Assembly: GCA_030264375.1 (NCBI GenBank)
Contig: JASCQW010000098.1
Span: forward strand, 52,096,901-52,160,900
Reading direction: 5' to 3'
Length of the DNA stretch: 64,000 nucleotides
Source: Carcharhinus longimanus
Lineage: Eukaryota
How positions within the stretch are numbered: position 1 is the first letter of the stretch; each line of letters starts with the position of its first letter. Positions 51,201 through 64,000 of the stretch are shown here, in pieces. The position numbers and the translations under genes were made by a program. The notes beneath the pieces are model-generated. The model worked only from the letters and a program-made list of their open reading frames with translations. It made no database searches and was not told the DNA's origin.

Positions 51201-52254
51201 CTGTATTAGTCTTTATCTTCATCCAGTTCTTGCCTGTGTCTCAAGTAACAGCAGGCAACAGCAGCCACACCCCAGTAAATAAAGAATACCACCTCTTTAA
51301 ACAGTGAGGTGTGCTGTCTTGCTCACTGCGTTCTGACACATTTAACATTGGCAGGATACTCACCCTTCAGCAACAGATCTTTACTTGTTGGCATCTACTG
51401 ACTTCACTCTATATTAAACAACTATCCTGTCTGCCACAGTTGTTTGTATTGAATTTCATCTGCTATTCTGCACATTTACAAATTCCACCCAACTTTTTGG
51501 AACCTCTGAACACTTCCATTGACTCACCACTAATGAATATCTGGGAAAGCAGTGAGTCAATTTGTACTGATATTCTACATTCAAATTGTTAGTGAGAACA
51601 AAAAGGCAGGAGCTTCAGTAAACGTGTTGGCAATAAATTTTATTTTTTATTTACAAATGTTGTCAAATCCTGCCTCTGACTAAGATGCAAAGGCAATGCT
51701 GACTCACAATGTTAAATATTTACATTAAAATGAAACAGGAATGAAATATTTCAAAAACATTTAGATTTATCCATATTAAATAGAACATCATACTACTGAA
51801 ATTTATCTCATCACTTCTATTCACAGCAACACTACTGGTGCAATCTTACTGGCTCGCTCAGGGGCAGGCCCAGGCAGTTCCCAAGGGGTAGTGCCCTCTT
51901 TGCATACTGGCAGTGCCCACCAGGTAAAAACTCTGCAAAGGGAGTGATCAGGGTTGGGGGGAGAGACAAGAGGAGACTGGCACAGGGAGCAATAAGCAGG
52001 TGCAATGGGGGAGGGGCAACAGGAGATCTTCATTCTCTCGCTCGTTCGGCACTTAAATTCTGCCCTATTTCTTTGCTACACTTATTACAATTGGTCCTGG
52101 CTACTAAGCCTGTTAAACAGTTACATTTTAACCTGGGGTAGGACTCTTGTACAGAAGTTAGAAATTTCCAATGAATACAAAACAAATAATTCATCACAAA
52201 GTAAAGTCATGCAGGATGCAAAAACTGTGGGAATGCAGGGCAAAATCTGACACA

Positions 52255-53540
52255 GCAGTGAACATAAGAAATAGGAGCAGGCATAGGACTAAAAAGCTGT
52301 CAAGCAGAGTTTGTGGTGTGCTTTCAAAAGAGTTTCAATATCTTTTAGAATGATCTTGGAATGAAGCTATCTTTGATCTAGTGATGCATAATGAACTAGG
52401 GTGAATTAGTGATGCCTTGGGAAATAATGATCATAACACCATTGAATTCCAGGTTAAAGCTGAAAGTGACATCCTCCAATCATAAAACAAGAATCTTAAA
52501 ATTAAACAAAGCCAAATATAGGTAGAAGGGGAGAACTGGCTAAGGTAAATAGACAAAAGGTTTGGCTGTAAATGAACAGTGAGAGACATTTAAATAATGC
52601 AAAATGTTTAACAAAAATACATTACATGGAAAAACAGAAACTCAGCAAGAAAATCCAATCCGTGTCTCACTCGGGAAATGAGAGAGCACGGAATTAAAAG
52701 TGGATTACAACACTGCAAAAAAAAAGTAACAAGTTTAAAGATTAGCAGTGTTTTAGAAAAGGGTGACCAACACGTTGATAAAAAAGAAAAACAAAATAGA
52801 ATGAAAGTAAACTAGCCAGTAATGCAAAAAAAAACAGACTGTAGGAGTTAAATGTATAAAAAGGAAGAAAGCAGCTAAAAATAATACTGGTGCATTAGAA
52901 GAATCAGAAAGAATTATAATGGGGAATGTGGAAATGATGGCAGTACTGAACAAGTCTGTTTTCTAAGACACAAGTTTCATTCCAGAAATAGACAATAAAG
53001 TAGAGGCTAAAAAGAGTGAGGAAGTTAATATCAGGAAAAAAGGTACAAGTTAAAAGACTAAAACGTGATAAATCTCCAGGACCTGATGCCCTTCCTCCTA
53101 GTGTCTCAAAGGAGATAGCTATGAATACAGCAGATGCATGGACTGTGATTTTACAGAATTCATTGGATTCAGGAGTGGTCTCATCCGATCAGAAAATGCT
53201 GGAATCTATTATTAAGGCACTTGAATGAGTCAACATGGTTTTACTAAAGGGAAATCCTGTTTAACAAATTTATTGCAAGTTCTTAAGGATGTAACTAGTA
53301 TGAGAGATTAAGGAAAACTGGTAGATGCTGAGAAATGATTTCCACTGGCCAGGGAACCTAAAACACGGAGTCACAGTCTCAGAATGAAGGAGTTGATCAT
53401 TTAGGACTGAGGTCAGGGCAAACTATTTTACTCAAAAGGACTATGAATCTTTGGAATTCTCTGCCCTAAAGAGTTGTGGACGGTCCATTATTAAATACAC
53501 TTAAGGCTTGGAAAGACAGATTTTTGTCTTCCAGGGAATC
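52255..53540 (+). mobile_element. Decayed CR1 LINE fragment
   Basis: KSPGPD motif and a QHGF.KGKSCLTNL-like segment at about 53230-53275, followed by 3' region similarity. Confidence 0.8.
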
Positions 53541-54134
53541 AACTGCATGTTATGACTCAATCAAATCCCCCTCCCACATTTCATAACAGCAGCCATCTCC
53601 ACCCAAAAAGTGGAAAGGAACAGGGGACCATCAGGACATGACCTAGTACTACCCCCATGTGAATAGAATACCGTGAGCACTGGAGATCTGAAATGAAAGC
53701 AGAAGTGCTGGGTAAACTCTAACAGGTATGGCAGCTTCAAAGCTTGATGAGCAGTTATGAAAACTTGAGCTTGTTGTGTGTTTATGTAACTTATGTACAT
53801 ATTGCCATCCTCCCGCTATAATCTACCAACTGAAAAAATTCTATCAATAGAATCTAGTCCTCTCATCGATTTGAAGACCTCAAATCTGTGCTTTTTTTTA
53901 AAGAAAAAGTGGAAAAAGCATTATGCTTTAACCTACGCTTAATGCTCTTTCCACTCACATTGTCAGCATCTTTAAGACTTGAATAGCAGGTTAGTTGTAA
54001 AGACTCGCATTCTNNNNNNNNNNNNNNNNNNNNNNNNNNNNNNNNNNNNNNNNNNNNNNNNNNNNNNNNNNNNNNNNNNNNNNNNNNNNNNNNNNNNNNN
54101 NNNNNNNNNNNNNTGTCTGAGGCCAGAACTCTCC

Positions 54135-54174
54135 ATTCACCTGATGAAGGGACAAACCCCGAAAGCTTGTGAGT
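54135..54174 (+). ncRNA. Minimal hammerhead ribozyme motif in a Penelope-type terminal repeat (repeat extends to about 54229)
   Basis: ATTCAC-CTGATGA-A-GGG(acaaac)CCC-GAAA-GC-TT^GTGAGT, followed by the same aataaa..gttggact..cctggtgttgt..gacttcttact tail as the 27-kb copy. Confidence 0.65.
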
Positions 54175-55384
54175 TTACTATCAAATAAATTGGTTGGACT
54201 TAAAACCTGGTGTTGTCAGACTTCTTACTTTTTTTAAGAGACTCAGTTAACTACTTCGGTTTTCCTTTTTAATCAAGGTTTTGGTCACCCTTTTCAAAAG
54301 CACTGCTAATCCTCAAACTTGTTGCTTTTTTTGTGCAATGTTGTAATCCTATTTTAATCCAGTGCTGTCTCTACTTTCTGGTGTGAGCTCCAGATTGGAT
54401 TTTCTGTTTTTCCATGGAATGTATTTTGGTTAAACATTTTGGATTGTTTATTAAAATCTCTCTCACTGTTCATTTACAGCCAAACCTTTTGGCTCTATTT
54501 ATTTAATTTGCCTTAGCCAGTTCTCCCCTCATTCCTATACCTCTAAGCCAGTGACATTAAAGGCACCATAAATTCAAACTGCTGTCAGTATCAGTTTAGT
54601 TGCTTTCCCCTGAACCTTTTTCTTGGCTTCCATAGTGCCACGAATACACCATTAAAAAGGAGCAAAACCCAAGTATTCTAGATGTGACCTAACCGAGATA
54701 TTACACAAGGAATGCATTTGGTTTTGTATTTGGACTGTCGTAACAATACATCCTAACGCTCAATTTACGTATAATGGAGTCATTCTTGTTCTTGGTCCTC
54801 CCTCCATTCTAGATGACATTCTTCCCTTTTGCTAGAGTTTATTCTGACATTTGACTTCATAACTCATATTTCCTCCCTCTCTCCAGTTGACTCCACTGCC
54901 TCCTGGCTCAGCACCTGCTGGGGCACTCAGTTCATACCAGCAATGTTGTAACCCTAGTCCGTTTGTTACTTTTTAAACTTCATGCAAACATTCCATCTCT
55001 CTCCTCCTACAAATCATTGACAAACTGCCAGATCCTCCCTTCTGAATTCACAATGCCATCTTTCCATAACCTTCATGCCAGGATCTTTCAACTACCTCCT
55101 ATTTGCACACTCTTCCACGCATAGATCCCTACCCCCATGGTACCAAAGTGCAATGTGGGTGTGAATTCTAGTTTCTTCAAACTCCTTGCAGGAATTCTGA
55201 CCCAAAGCAGCACTGCAGCTCTCTGGATGAGGAGATTGGACTGTGAATGGTTCTAAATGAAAAAGTAAGTTAAACATGTACACCAAGTCCATATACCACA
55301 TACCCAGATACTCCTGGGGTCACTTAATTTAGCTCCATTCACAACAATCATTCTCAATATGGACATAATTTTTTTCCCATTGGA

Positions 55385-55675
55385 AAATTTACAGAGCAGA
55401 AAGAGGCCATTTGACTGATCAAGTTTGCACCGACCCTCCAAAAGAATATTCTACCTAGGCCCATTCCCTCGTCCCATCCCTGTCACCTCATGTATTTCCC
55501 ATGGTTAATCTACCTAATTACATATCTTTCGGACTGTGGGAGGAAACTGGAAGGCCCGAAGAAAACTCATGCAAACACAGGGAATGTGCAAACTCCACAT
55601 AGACAGTCATCAAAGCACGGAATTGAGCCAGATCCGTGGTGCTGTGAACCAACGGTGCTAACCACTGTGCTGCCC
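55385..55675 (-). mobile_element. HE1-like V-SINE
   Basis: Reverse complement of the head, V-domain and CR1-type tail. Confidence 0.75.
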
Positions 55676-56740
55676 AATTTTATTTCTGTATGTATGGAAT
55701 TAGACTACTGTTCCAGTGGAGGATAAGCACTGACATGGACTTGGAACAACCATCTGTTCTCATGCTTATTCTTCTCTATCATTTCAGGTATATCTAGATT
55801 TTACTATGAATTTCCATATTTTCCATTTTAATAACAACATTTCATAGACAACCTTACTGAACCCTTTCTGGAAATCAAGATATGTGACTTGGTTTGCCCC
55901 AGCCCTCTGGAACATGCTTCCCTCAAAATGTCAGTTGGTCAAGCAAAAATCTTTCTTCTGAAGGCAAATATGCTATGGAATTTTTCCAACTTATTCCCTA
56001 GCCAGACATTAAAACTTGTGGCTGGTTGGGAACCAAAAAGATGAAGGAGCAGGTTTTGCCCTGGGGGTTGGGATAACATGCTGGATTTGTCAAAAGGATG
56101 AATTTATAAATAAAAGTACTTCAGCAAGGATTACAATAGCTTAACTGGATGTAGTATTTTGATACTGCAGCAATCACGTTAAGAGGGAGGAAACTTGGGA
56201 AAATCCCTCTTCCAGTCTCACTATTACTAGAGGTCCTACTTTGGACTGAGCTCCCACCCCCACTCCCAGACAGGAGGAAGATGATGGCTTTCTCAACCAA
56301 ATGGGTGACCATGGATGTGGCCAAGAGAGTCAACAGTACAACTGTGCATCCTTCAGCATGGAGACAGTGCATCAAGATTATGCAGGGGGACAGGAAGGGC
56401 AGGTAACAGAACAGTTTCAGATGCCAAGCCCCGCACTCTGACTTGCCCAACCTTCTCCTACTCCACAAAATGGATCTTGCCACTCCACTCATTCCTCCCT
56501 CTTCATTCCAAACCACTCAACTTATTGCCCTTGTCTCATTCTTCCGGCTCTCTGTGCTGCTCGAGTAGCGCAGCAGGCTGAGATATCAGTGGGGGATCTA
56601 TAGTGGGACTTGCGACCAACCAATCGCTAGTCGTCCAGACAATCTTTTCTGACGTAATCAGCCATGGACCGGAAATGGGCGTGGGGTGATTACTATATTG
56701 AAATGGTCATTTCAATACAATTAGTGAACCTGGGACGGTA

Positions 56741-57133
56741 NNNNNNNNNNNNNNNNNNNNNNNNNNNNNNNNNNNNNNNNNNNNNNNNNNNNNNNNNNNN
56801 NNNNNNNNNNNNNNNNNNNNNNNNNNNNNNNNNNNNNNNNNNNNNNNNNNNNNNNNNNNNNNNNNNNNNNNNNNNNNNNNNNNNNNNNNNNNNNNNNNNN
56901 NNNNNNNNNNNNNNNNNNNNNNNNNNNNNNNNNNNNNNNNNNNNNNNNNNNNNNNNNNNNNNNNNNNNNNNNNNNNNNNNNNNNNNNNNNNNNNNNNNNN
57001 NNNNNNNNNNNNNNNNNNNNNNNNNNNNNNNNNNNNNNNNNNNNNNNNNNNNNNNNNNNNNNNNNNNNNNNNNNNNNNNNNNNNNNNNNNNNNNNNNNNN
57101 NNNNNNNNNNNNNNNNNNNNNNNNNNNNNNNNN
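56741..57133. other. Assembly gap (one of 13 N-runs; the longest is 58732-59144)
   Basis: Run of N. Several other gaps are exactly 100 N, probably a placeholder size. Confidence 0.99.
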
Positions 57134-57429
57134 GGCCCGCTCAGTGTGCTGACTCCAGCAGGATGAGGCCCTGCCCTCCATTTACAAGCATGAATCCCCC
57201 AAGACACTCCTTGCTTCACAGAATGCTGGAGATTCATGAAACTAAGTAGTCCCAAAAAAAAAAACAGGCAGCATAATCTCCCATTTCCCCACCTGTTGAG
57301 TATTTAGTTTTTTTTAGGAGAATCCCGGTCATTGTCTTTTTTTCCCTCTCCACCAAAACCCTTATAAACACTCACCTATTTGCTTCTGCTCCTTGTAGAA
57401 AGACAGCACCTGATCTTTTTTTGAGCAGG

Positions 57430-57940
57430 GAGTTATCATTCCAGTGACAGGCATCTTATTGGCCACAGGCAATGCATGTCCACCTCACCCACTGGAGAGG
57501 AGATCTTGTTCTGAAAGGTTACAGGTGTCAATGACTTCCATGAGAACCTGCGTCATTAGCATTCAGACATATCAAAAGAGGTCATCATTTGCCTTGAGAT
57601 CCTCATTTAGAAATTTGCCTCCTTCTGTGTCCATCCCCTCTGTCAGAGAACACAGCTAGCATCGCTGCTGCTGGCCTTGTTTCTTGTTCCTTGTTCCTCC
57701 TCAAGAGGCGTAGGGAGGAACAGCAAAAGCTGCTCCCATGCTGTGGTGATGTTTGGCAGCAAGGAAGTGTAGCTGGAGGTGAGTGAAATTTTAAACAGAT
57801 GAAGTACTTTCCAAAAAGTTAATAACCATCTTTCAAGCAGTAAAAACATTCTCTCAGAGAAGTTTGTTGAAAGACAGCCTCTCACCTGGCCATGATTGAA
57901 GCTCTTTGGTTTCAGTGAAGAAGCTCTCACCAATGTGCAC
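57430..57940. mobile_element. Possible internally deleted Harbinger remnant
   Basis: Plus strand has a frameshifted FRLSKEVII-like segment (transposase N-terminus). Minus strand has NFSER..LLLE...TTAWEQL (Myb/SANT-like). The convergent arrangement is as in Harbinger. Confidence 0.35.
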
Positions 57941-60900
57941 TCACTTTGGGGACTCTGGTGAATTGCTTACATATCAGGAAACAGATGCCCTTAATGGGCC
58001 ATTAAGGGTTAAAACAGTACTTAATTACCTATTATAACTCACCCAACAGCTGCACACCTTCAAACTTGCTGAGATGAAACCCAAAAATACGTACAGTAGT
58101 TCAGGGATTCTAACCAGACATTATATTTGTGGGTTTTAAGTGCCTCCCTTTGCCAGGGAAAACTCCCTTCTGGTGCTACCAAATAATTATTATACTCATC
58201 AAGACTCTTTAGACAGTATCTTTCAAACCTATCTGGTCTACAACAGTAAGGGCAGCAGACACATGGGAGCACCACTAACCAAAAGTTCACGCCAAGCCAC
58301 TCACCATCCTAACTTGGAAATATGCCACTGTTTTTTCCACTGTCACAGGGTCAAAGTCATGAAATTCCTTCCCCAACAGCACTGTAGGCGTACCTACTCC
58401 ACATGGACTGCAGCAGTTCAAGATAGCAGCTCATCACCCCCTTTTCAAAGGGCAATTCAGGAGGGCAATAAATGCTGGCCTACTCAGCACTACCCACACT
58501 TCATAAATGAATTAATTGAAACATTCCTCGAACGTACTTCTGGTAATTGATCCTAATTATTTAGAAGTGAAATCATTTGAAGTACTGGAAAATGCATTCT
58601 TTTCACAGCTTAAAAATCCTATTTGGTCATGCCAAATATGCTGGTATATATTACAATTATCTTCCTCAATAACACCAGTTGTCAAACATTGCGTGTGCAA
58701 TTGACATTACAAGTAGTGATTCATAGTTTCCNNNNNNNNNNNNNNNNNNNNNNNNNNNNNNNNNNNNNNNNNNNNNNNNNNNNNNNNNNNNNNNNNNNNN
58801 NNNNNNNNNNNNNNNNNNNNNNNNNNNNNNNNNNNNNNNNNNNNNNNNNNNNNNNNNNNNNNNNNNNNNNNNNNNNNNNNNNNNNNNNNNNNNNNNNNNN
58901 NNNNNNNNNNNNNNNNNNNNNNNNNNNNNNNNNNNNNNNNNNNNNNNNNNNNNNNNNNNNNNNNNNNNNNNNNNNNNNNNNNNNNNNNNNNNNNNNNNNN
59001 NNNNNNNNNNNNNNNNNNNNNNNNNNNNNNNNNNNNNNNNNNNNNNNNNNNNNNNNNNNNNNNNNNNNNNNNNNNNNNNNNNNNNNNNNNNNNNNNNNNN
59101 NNNNNNNNNNNNNNNNNNNNNNNNNNNNNNNNNNNNNNNNNNNNTTCACTCTGTACTCCCCCCCACCACCCCCCCCCAACTCCTCCTCCTCCTACCGCTA
59201 CTGCCGCCCCCCCACCCCCACCCCCACCCCCACCAAAAACGTTACAACAGTTATACTGTTGCAGATGCTAACATTTAAATATTTACCTGTTCAAGTGGTT
59301 GTTAAAGATCCCATGGCTGTATGGAGACTTTCTTGATTTCCTCAATGTTCCCCAACTGACACCACTAATAATTGCAAAAACTTTCTTTTTAATTCTCTAG
59401 GAGTATCCCACATTACTGAGCAAATATCTTTTGTTTTCTGTGCATTCATTTTAAAACATCCCCAAAGGTATTTACAAATAACTTTATTCAGAAATCATTA
59501 AAATGAAGAACTCTAACCACCAGAATGTAAAAGTGGCCATTAAAAATATATCAGCGATGAAGCTGAACTGTTATCTTTTATCAGTGTTAGATTTCTACTA
59601 CAAAACAAATGGGAAATTTGCAGCAAATTTGGAATTCCTAATTATAGAATGTCAATCTATAAACATCAAGCTTCAAACTCCGCTCTCCTTAAACATCTTC
59701 AGAGCTGCGAGTTCATTTGTTTACCAGAAACCTCAATCAGGGTTATACTGAAAGGTTAACGTCAATCCCATAGCAGCCTCATTTGTTTTTGTTAAATACA
59801 AGTTTCACATCCTGTTACCATCACAAGTGGGATGTCAACATAATCTCATCCAATTGCATTTCCCAGTGACACTGTGGCTGGTCAGTGGACTGGGGGATGT
59901 TGATTCATGTGCAGCTGGTCTTCATGACTTCTAGTTCCACTCTTTCCAAGTCCACTGACTAAAGCAGCAGACAGGCCCAGCTCTCTTCTCAATGCACTCG
60001 AGCAGCAATGACAAAGAATGCCACCTCTCTATTTTGTTGACAGGAACACTTCTGAAAACACGAGTTCTCATCCACAATAGTCAGAGACCGAAATTTCAAC
60101 CATTAGCACTGTGAGCATGCGGAGAGGATAGCAGGATTTGACTACTGCATTAGCACATAACTCAGATTAAAGTGGACAAACAGACAGCATAGAAAGGGGG
60201 CTAAGAGATGGCAGTGAAAGCATGGCACGGGACTGGATGACAATGAAAGGGGAGACTGAGTGACAGTGAGGCGAGGGTGTGCTGACACTAAGGAAAAGGG
60301 AGGGAGAAGTTCAAAATGGTGCTTTATAATGGTTAGAGGAGAGTGGCAACATTAACAAAGATGAATAGAGTTGGGTAAGTACTAGAATGAACTCAGGGCA
60401 GAGCAGAGAATATGAACTTGAATAGATAAAGTGGAACGTGAGTATCAGTTCAAGTGGACTAGAGAATGCCAACTTGAATTGATGAGGAGGGAGGTGGGTG
60501 GTGGTACAAACCAAGGGGCTGAGAGAGATTGGATGGCTTGTGGTGCCTCTGTGAGGATTGTAGTGAGGGAATAGAGTACCTTTGTGAATGGAGCATGGAT
60601 AGGGAAAATAGGGTGCAAGAGAGGGGCAGTTAAAGTTTTGAGTCAGTAACAATCTGGTCAGACGAGCAAAAGTACAAATGTATTTCTCTTTTGCAGTTAA
60701 AAATCTATTCAACTGTGAAATGCAAGAGATACTTATAGAACATATTATTTTAATGCAAAATTATCAATGAATGTTCCCCAAAACATTGGCAAGTAGCAAG
60801 TATAAGTGGCAAGTAATATTTGTGCCACAGAAGTGTCAGCTGCACAATTATAGAGTAGAAACACTCAGTGTCTCAATCTTTACCTCGCCCTAAACCCCAG

Positions 60901-61081
60901 GAATGTGAGACCTGCCTCACAGCTCGGGACCATTTTCAACAAGATGGAACCTAGTGATGCCCCCTTGGCATTTAATAGCATTTTTAATCACCAAAAACCC
61001 TACTGTCAACCAATTCCCTGCCTCCATTATTTGGATTTCACTATTAACTTTTTATGAACTTTATTTTTTCTTTCTTTCTAT

Positions 61082-61475
61082 GGGCGGAATGTGGTACTTA
61101 GCACTGCTGCCTCACAGCGCCAGCGACCTGGGTTCAATTCCCAGCTTGGGTCACTGTCTGTGCAGAGTCTGCACGTAGCATAGTGGTTAGCACTGCTGCC
61201 TCACAGCGCCAGGGATGTGGGTTTGATTCCCGGCTTGGGTCACTGTTTGTGCAGAGTCTGAACGTTCTCCTCATGTCTGCGTGGGTTTCCTTTGGGTGCT
61301 CTGATTTCCTCCCACAGTCCGAAAGGCGTGCTGGTTGGGTGCATTGGCCATGCTAAATTCTCCCTCAGTGTACCAGATCAGGGGCTGGAGTGTGGCAAGT
61401 AGGGGATTTTCACAGTAACTTCATTGCAGTGTTAATGTAAGCCTACTTGCGACACTATTCAATAAACTTTAAACT
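61082..61475 (+). mobile_element. V-SINE-like element with a tandemly duplicated tRNA-like head
   Basis: The head occurs twice (about 61098-61175 and 61188-61265), followed by a full body and tail. Confidence 0.85.
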
Positions 61476-63317
61476 TCAATATGTGGAGCAGCATTTCGTA
61501 AACATTTCACTTCAGTCATGAGCCAGTGTAACACGATTTCACTGTCAATATTGTTCTTGTGTTATCAGATTTTTGAGGCTGTCTCTGTCAGTTTGAAGCA
61601 ACTGGTCGGATTTTCCTAATATTCTGAGATGGCAGGTATTCGCTAAACATCTCAGCTTTCCCAACCACCACTACACTTGTACTTTACTCCAGTTCTTCTC
61701 ATAGAAGGATAAAGCACAGATGGGGAATATTAAACCATCATGCCTGGGCTCGGAATTATCCAATTTGTTCCATCCTCTGCAGCAAATACAAGTATAAATC
61801 CACTTGCCCTTTGAAACTTACTGTTGAATCACCTTCACTGTCCAATCAGACAAAACGTCCCAGATTATAACCATTTACTGTGTAAAAATAATTCACCACA
61901 TCGCCCCCGGCCTTTTTTCAGAAATTTTTGAGCTGAGTACTTAGGCGACAGACCCACTGCAGTGGAAACAGTTTCTCATTATCTAAGCTATCAAAATTCT
62001 TCATCACTTTGAATTATTGGTAATAAAATCTCCGAAATATCCTTCAAAAGGAGAACAATTCATCTTGCCACTGAGCTGAGGCCATGGAGATAGTGATGGC
62101 AATTTATGACAAATTACAGACACAGTTTGGTCTGGTCAGAGCTGAACCCAGATCTAGGTGGTGGGATGAGCAACGAAAACTGGGTAACCACAACAAAGCA
62201 ACCTCTGAATCAATGAGCTCAGGATCAGAAAGTGGAATCAACCAGGGCTGTCAGCGCTTCAGAAAGTGGCAAAAGATTAACACAATTTTTTCTGTAGTTC
62301 GAAACAATCACACTATATTGTCACCATCACACGTGTAAAAGGAAGTGATTACCCTGACGTGATATGAAAAAGAAATGTTTTGAAAGCTGAACAGATTTTT
62401 CAGTGATCGAAACTGACTGCGAAATGGAAAATTGTGATGGGGGAGCTCCAGTGGTCACATCTAAGCTCTATTCTTCTGTGGAAGCGGGTTCCCTTTTAGG
62501 GGCGAGTCCCACTCGTCTCTGGCTGGTCACGTACAGCATTTCGCGGCAGTTCTGCACTTGCCCAGGTGGGAAGAGAATGAACCGAGTGCCCTCACTGACA
62601 GGTCACCAAACAAATTACACCAACAGCCAAGAGCTGGAGGAAGGAGTGGAGGAAATGGACTTCTATCTCATTTAAGAACATCGATTTATGATCTTCTATC
62701 AGAGGAAGGTCTCCTGCAGTCTAGGGCAGCTCCCTTACCAGCTGGTACCTTCATCTTAGTTGCATTCAAACCTCACCCTTCAAAGACCCCCTGTGTATAA
62801 AACGAGCAACCCACTCTAACTCCTGGCAAACTGCACCACGTGCTTTCTCTCTACATTCAGCATAACTGAGTGTAATAGAATGGAAATAGTTAATTCTCAG
62901 TGAGATTTACCGAGCATGAACAGCACAATTATAGAATAGAAACACTCAGTCTCTCGATCTTTACCTCACCCTAACCCCGGGAATGTGAGACCTGCCTCAC
63001 AGAAGGGGGCACATTGTAGATTAATCGCTTCAGAATTGTAACTAAAACATATTTAAAATTCGGCTATCCAACGCTGCGCCTTCAAACTGCCAGAAAAGGG
63101 ACGTCAGGTCGTTCTATTTTATCACAAATTGCGGTATTTTTCCAGTTTATTTATCAATACTAACTTTCTTTTGCGACTGTGTAAGTAAAAATCAAAAATG
63201 GTTTAAGAAGTTGCTGTTACTGCAACTTTACTGCAGCTCTTTTCCACACGCCCCTCTTGAATTAATACAAAAAAAACTAAAGGGACTAAATCCAGAAGCT
63301 GATATCAGAAAGCTCAC

Positions 63318-63482
63318 CTCCCGCTCCAGGAGTCTGTTCACACTGTGGTATAACTGCTGCTATTGTTCAGTCAGAGGCTGGCAGGTGCACAGACCTTCAT
63401 TCTCTCCTCTCTGCCCCTGTAATATTCCCAGCCGGGATGTTTAGCTCTTTTTATGCAGCTCGGGGAATCCGGGCCTTTTATA
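63318..63482 (-). promoter_or_regulatory. PRSS23: Candidate PRSS23 core promoter and non-coding exon 1
   Basis: Minus-strand TATAAAAG at 63475-63482 and donor GGGAG|GTGAGC (GT at 63317-63316). The surroundings are CpG-enriched and repeat-free. This implies an intron of about 20.9 kb to the 42429 acceptor. Confidence 0.5.
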
Positions 63483-63881
63483 TCCCATCAATATGAATTG
63501 GCCCGTTTTATTTACCCCTTGGAGGGATGTTTGTTTTCGTGTCGCTGTGAGAACTGCTCTGCACAGCTGTCAGCACCTCTGCGCACCAACCCCTCGGCAG
63601 AAGTTCCTGGGAAAGTGCCTTTTCCTTTCCTGAACTTGCTCTCTCACTCTCGCCGTGCTGTGCTTGGTTATCACGTGGCTCCTGGCAACGCCCACATCAG
63701 AGACCATCTCACCGAACAAATCGAGTAAAATAACTCTAATGTGGCAGTGTGTATCATACAGGCTCTCCAAATGTTTCATTAATAAATCGATTTTCAGCAC
63801 TTGGATCATCCCCAGTTGTTTGCAGATCCAGTTAAAAATGCAATGTGTTTTAATAATACTTAGTAAAGAAAGCTGGTCAGA

Positions 63882-64000
63882 TGGGCAGAACAGTGGTTAG
63901 CACTGCTGGTCACATAGCAACAGGAACCTGGCTTCGATTCCAGGCTTGGGTCTCTGTGTGGAGTCTGAACATTCTCCTTGTGTCTCTGTGGCTTTCCTCC
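63882..64000 (+). mobile_element. V-SINE-like 5' head (runs off the window)
   Basis: cagtggttagcactgctg..ttcgattcc..gtctctgtgtggagtctg. Confidence 0.75.

Noticed and set aside
61082-61265. tRNA genes
   Set aside because: The A and B boxes belong to SINE heads followed by V-domain bodies; no complete cloverleaf is present.
1-64000. Exons of the expected syntenic neighbours FZD4 and ME3; CRISPR arrays or prokaryotic systems
   Set aside because: I found no frizzled or malic-enzyme motifs in any frame I read and no repeat-spacer array. The sequence is vertebrate.

Overview
Eukaryotic, repeat-rich draft sequence with 13 N-gaps. The repeat repertoire (V-SINE/HE1-like tRNA SINEs, CR1, L2, Penelope-like elements, PIF/Harbinger-like MITEs) suggests a cartilaginous fish, probably a shark (inference). 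The only confidently named gene is PRSS23 on the minus strand. Its whole CDS lies in one exon (41294-42412), and a candidate non-coding first exon with a TATA promoter lies near 63.3-63.5 kb. Two things the ORF track misses stand out. (1) A spliced plus-strand gene candidate (about 7-19 kb) encodes a small single-pass membrane protein that I cannot assign to a family; it has leader-like phase-1 exons, a TM helix, a juxtamembrane Cys cluster and polyA signals. (2) Several minimal hammerhead-ribozyme motifs sit in Penelope-type terminal repeats, including a 213-bp insertion with a 12-bp target-site duplication and one hammerhead core on each strand. Most other ORF-track entries are chance ORFs or decayed transposon fragments. 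All calls were made by eye, without database searches.
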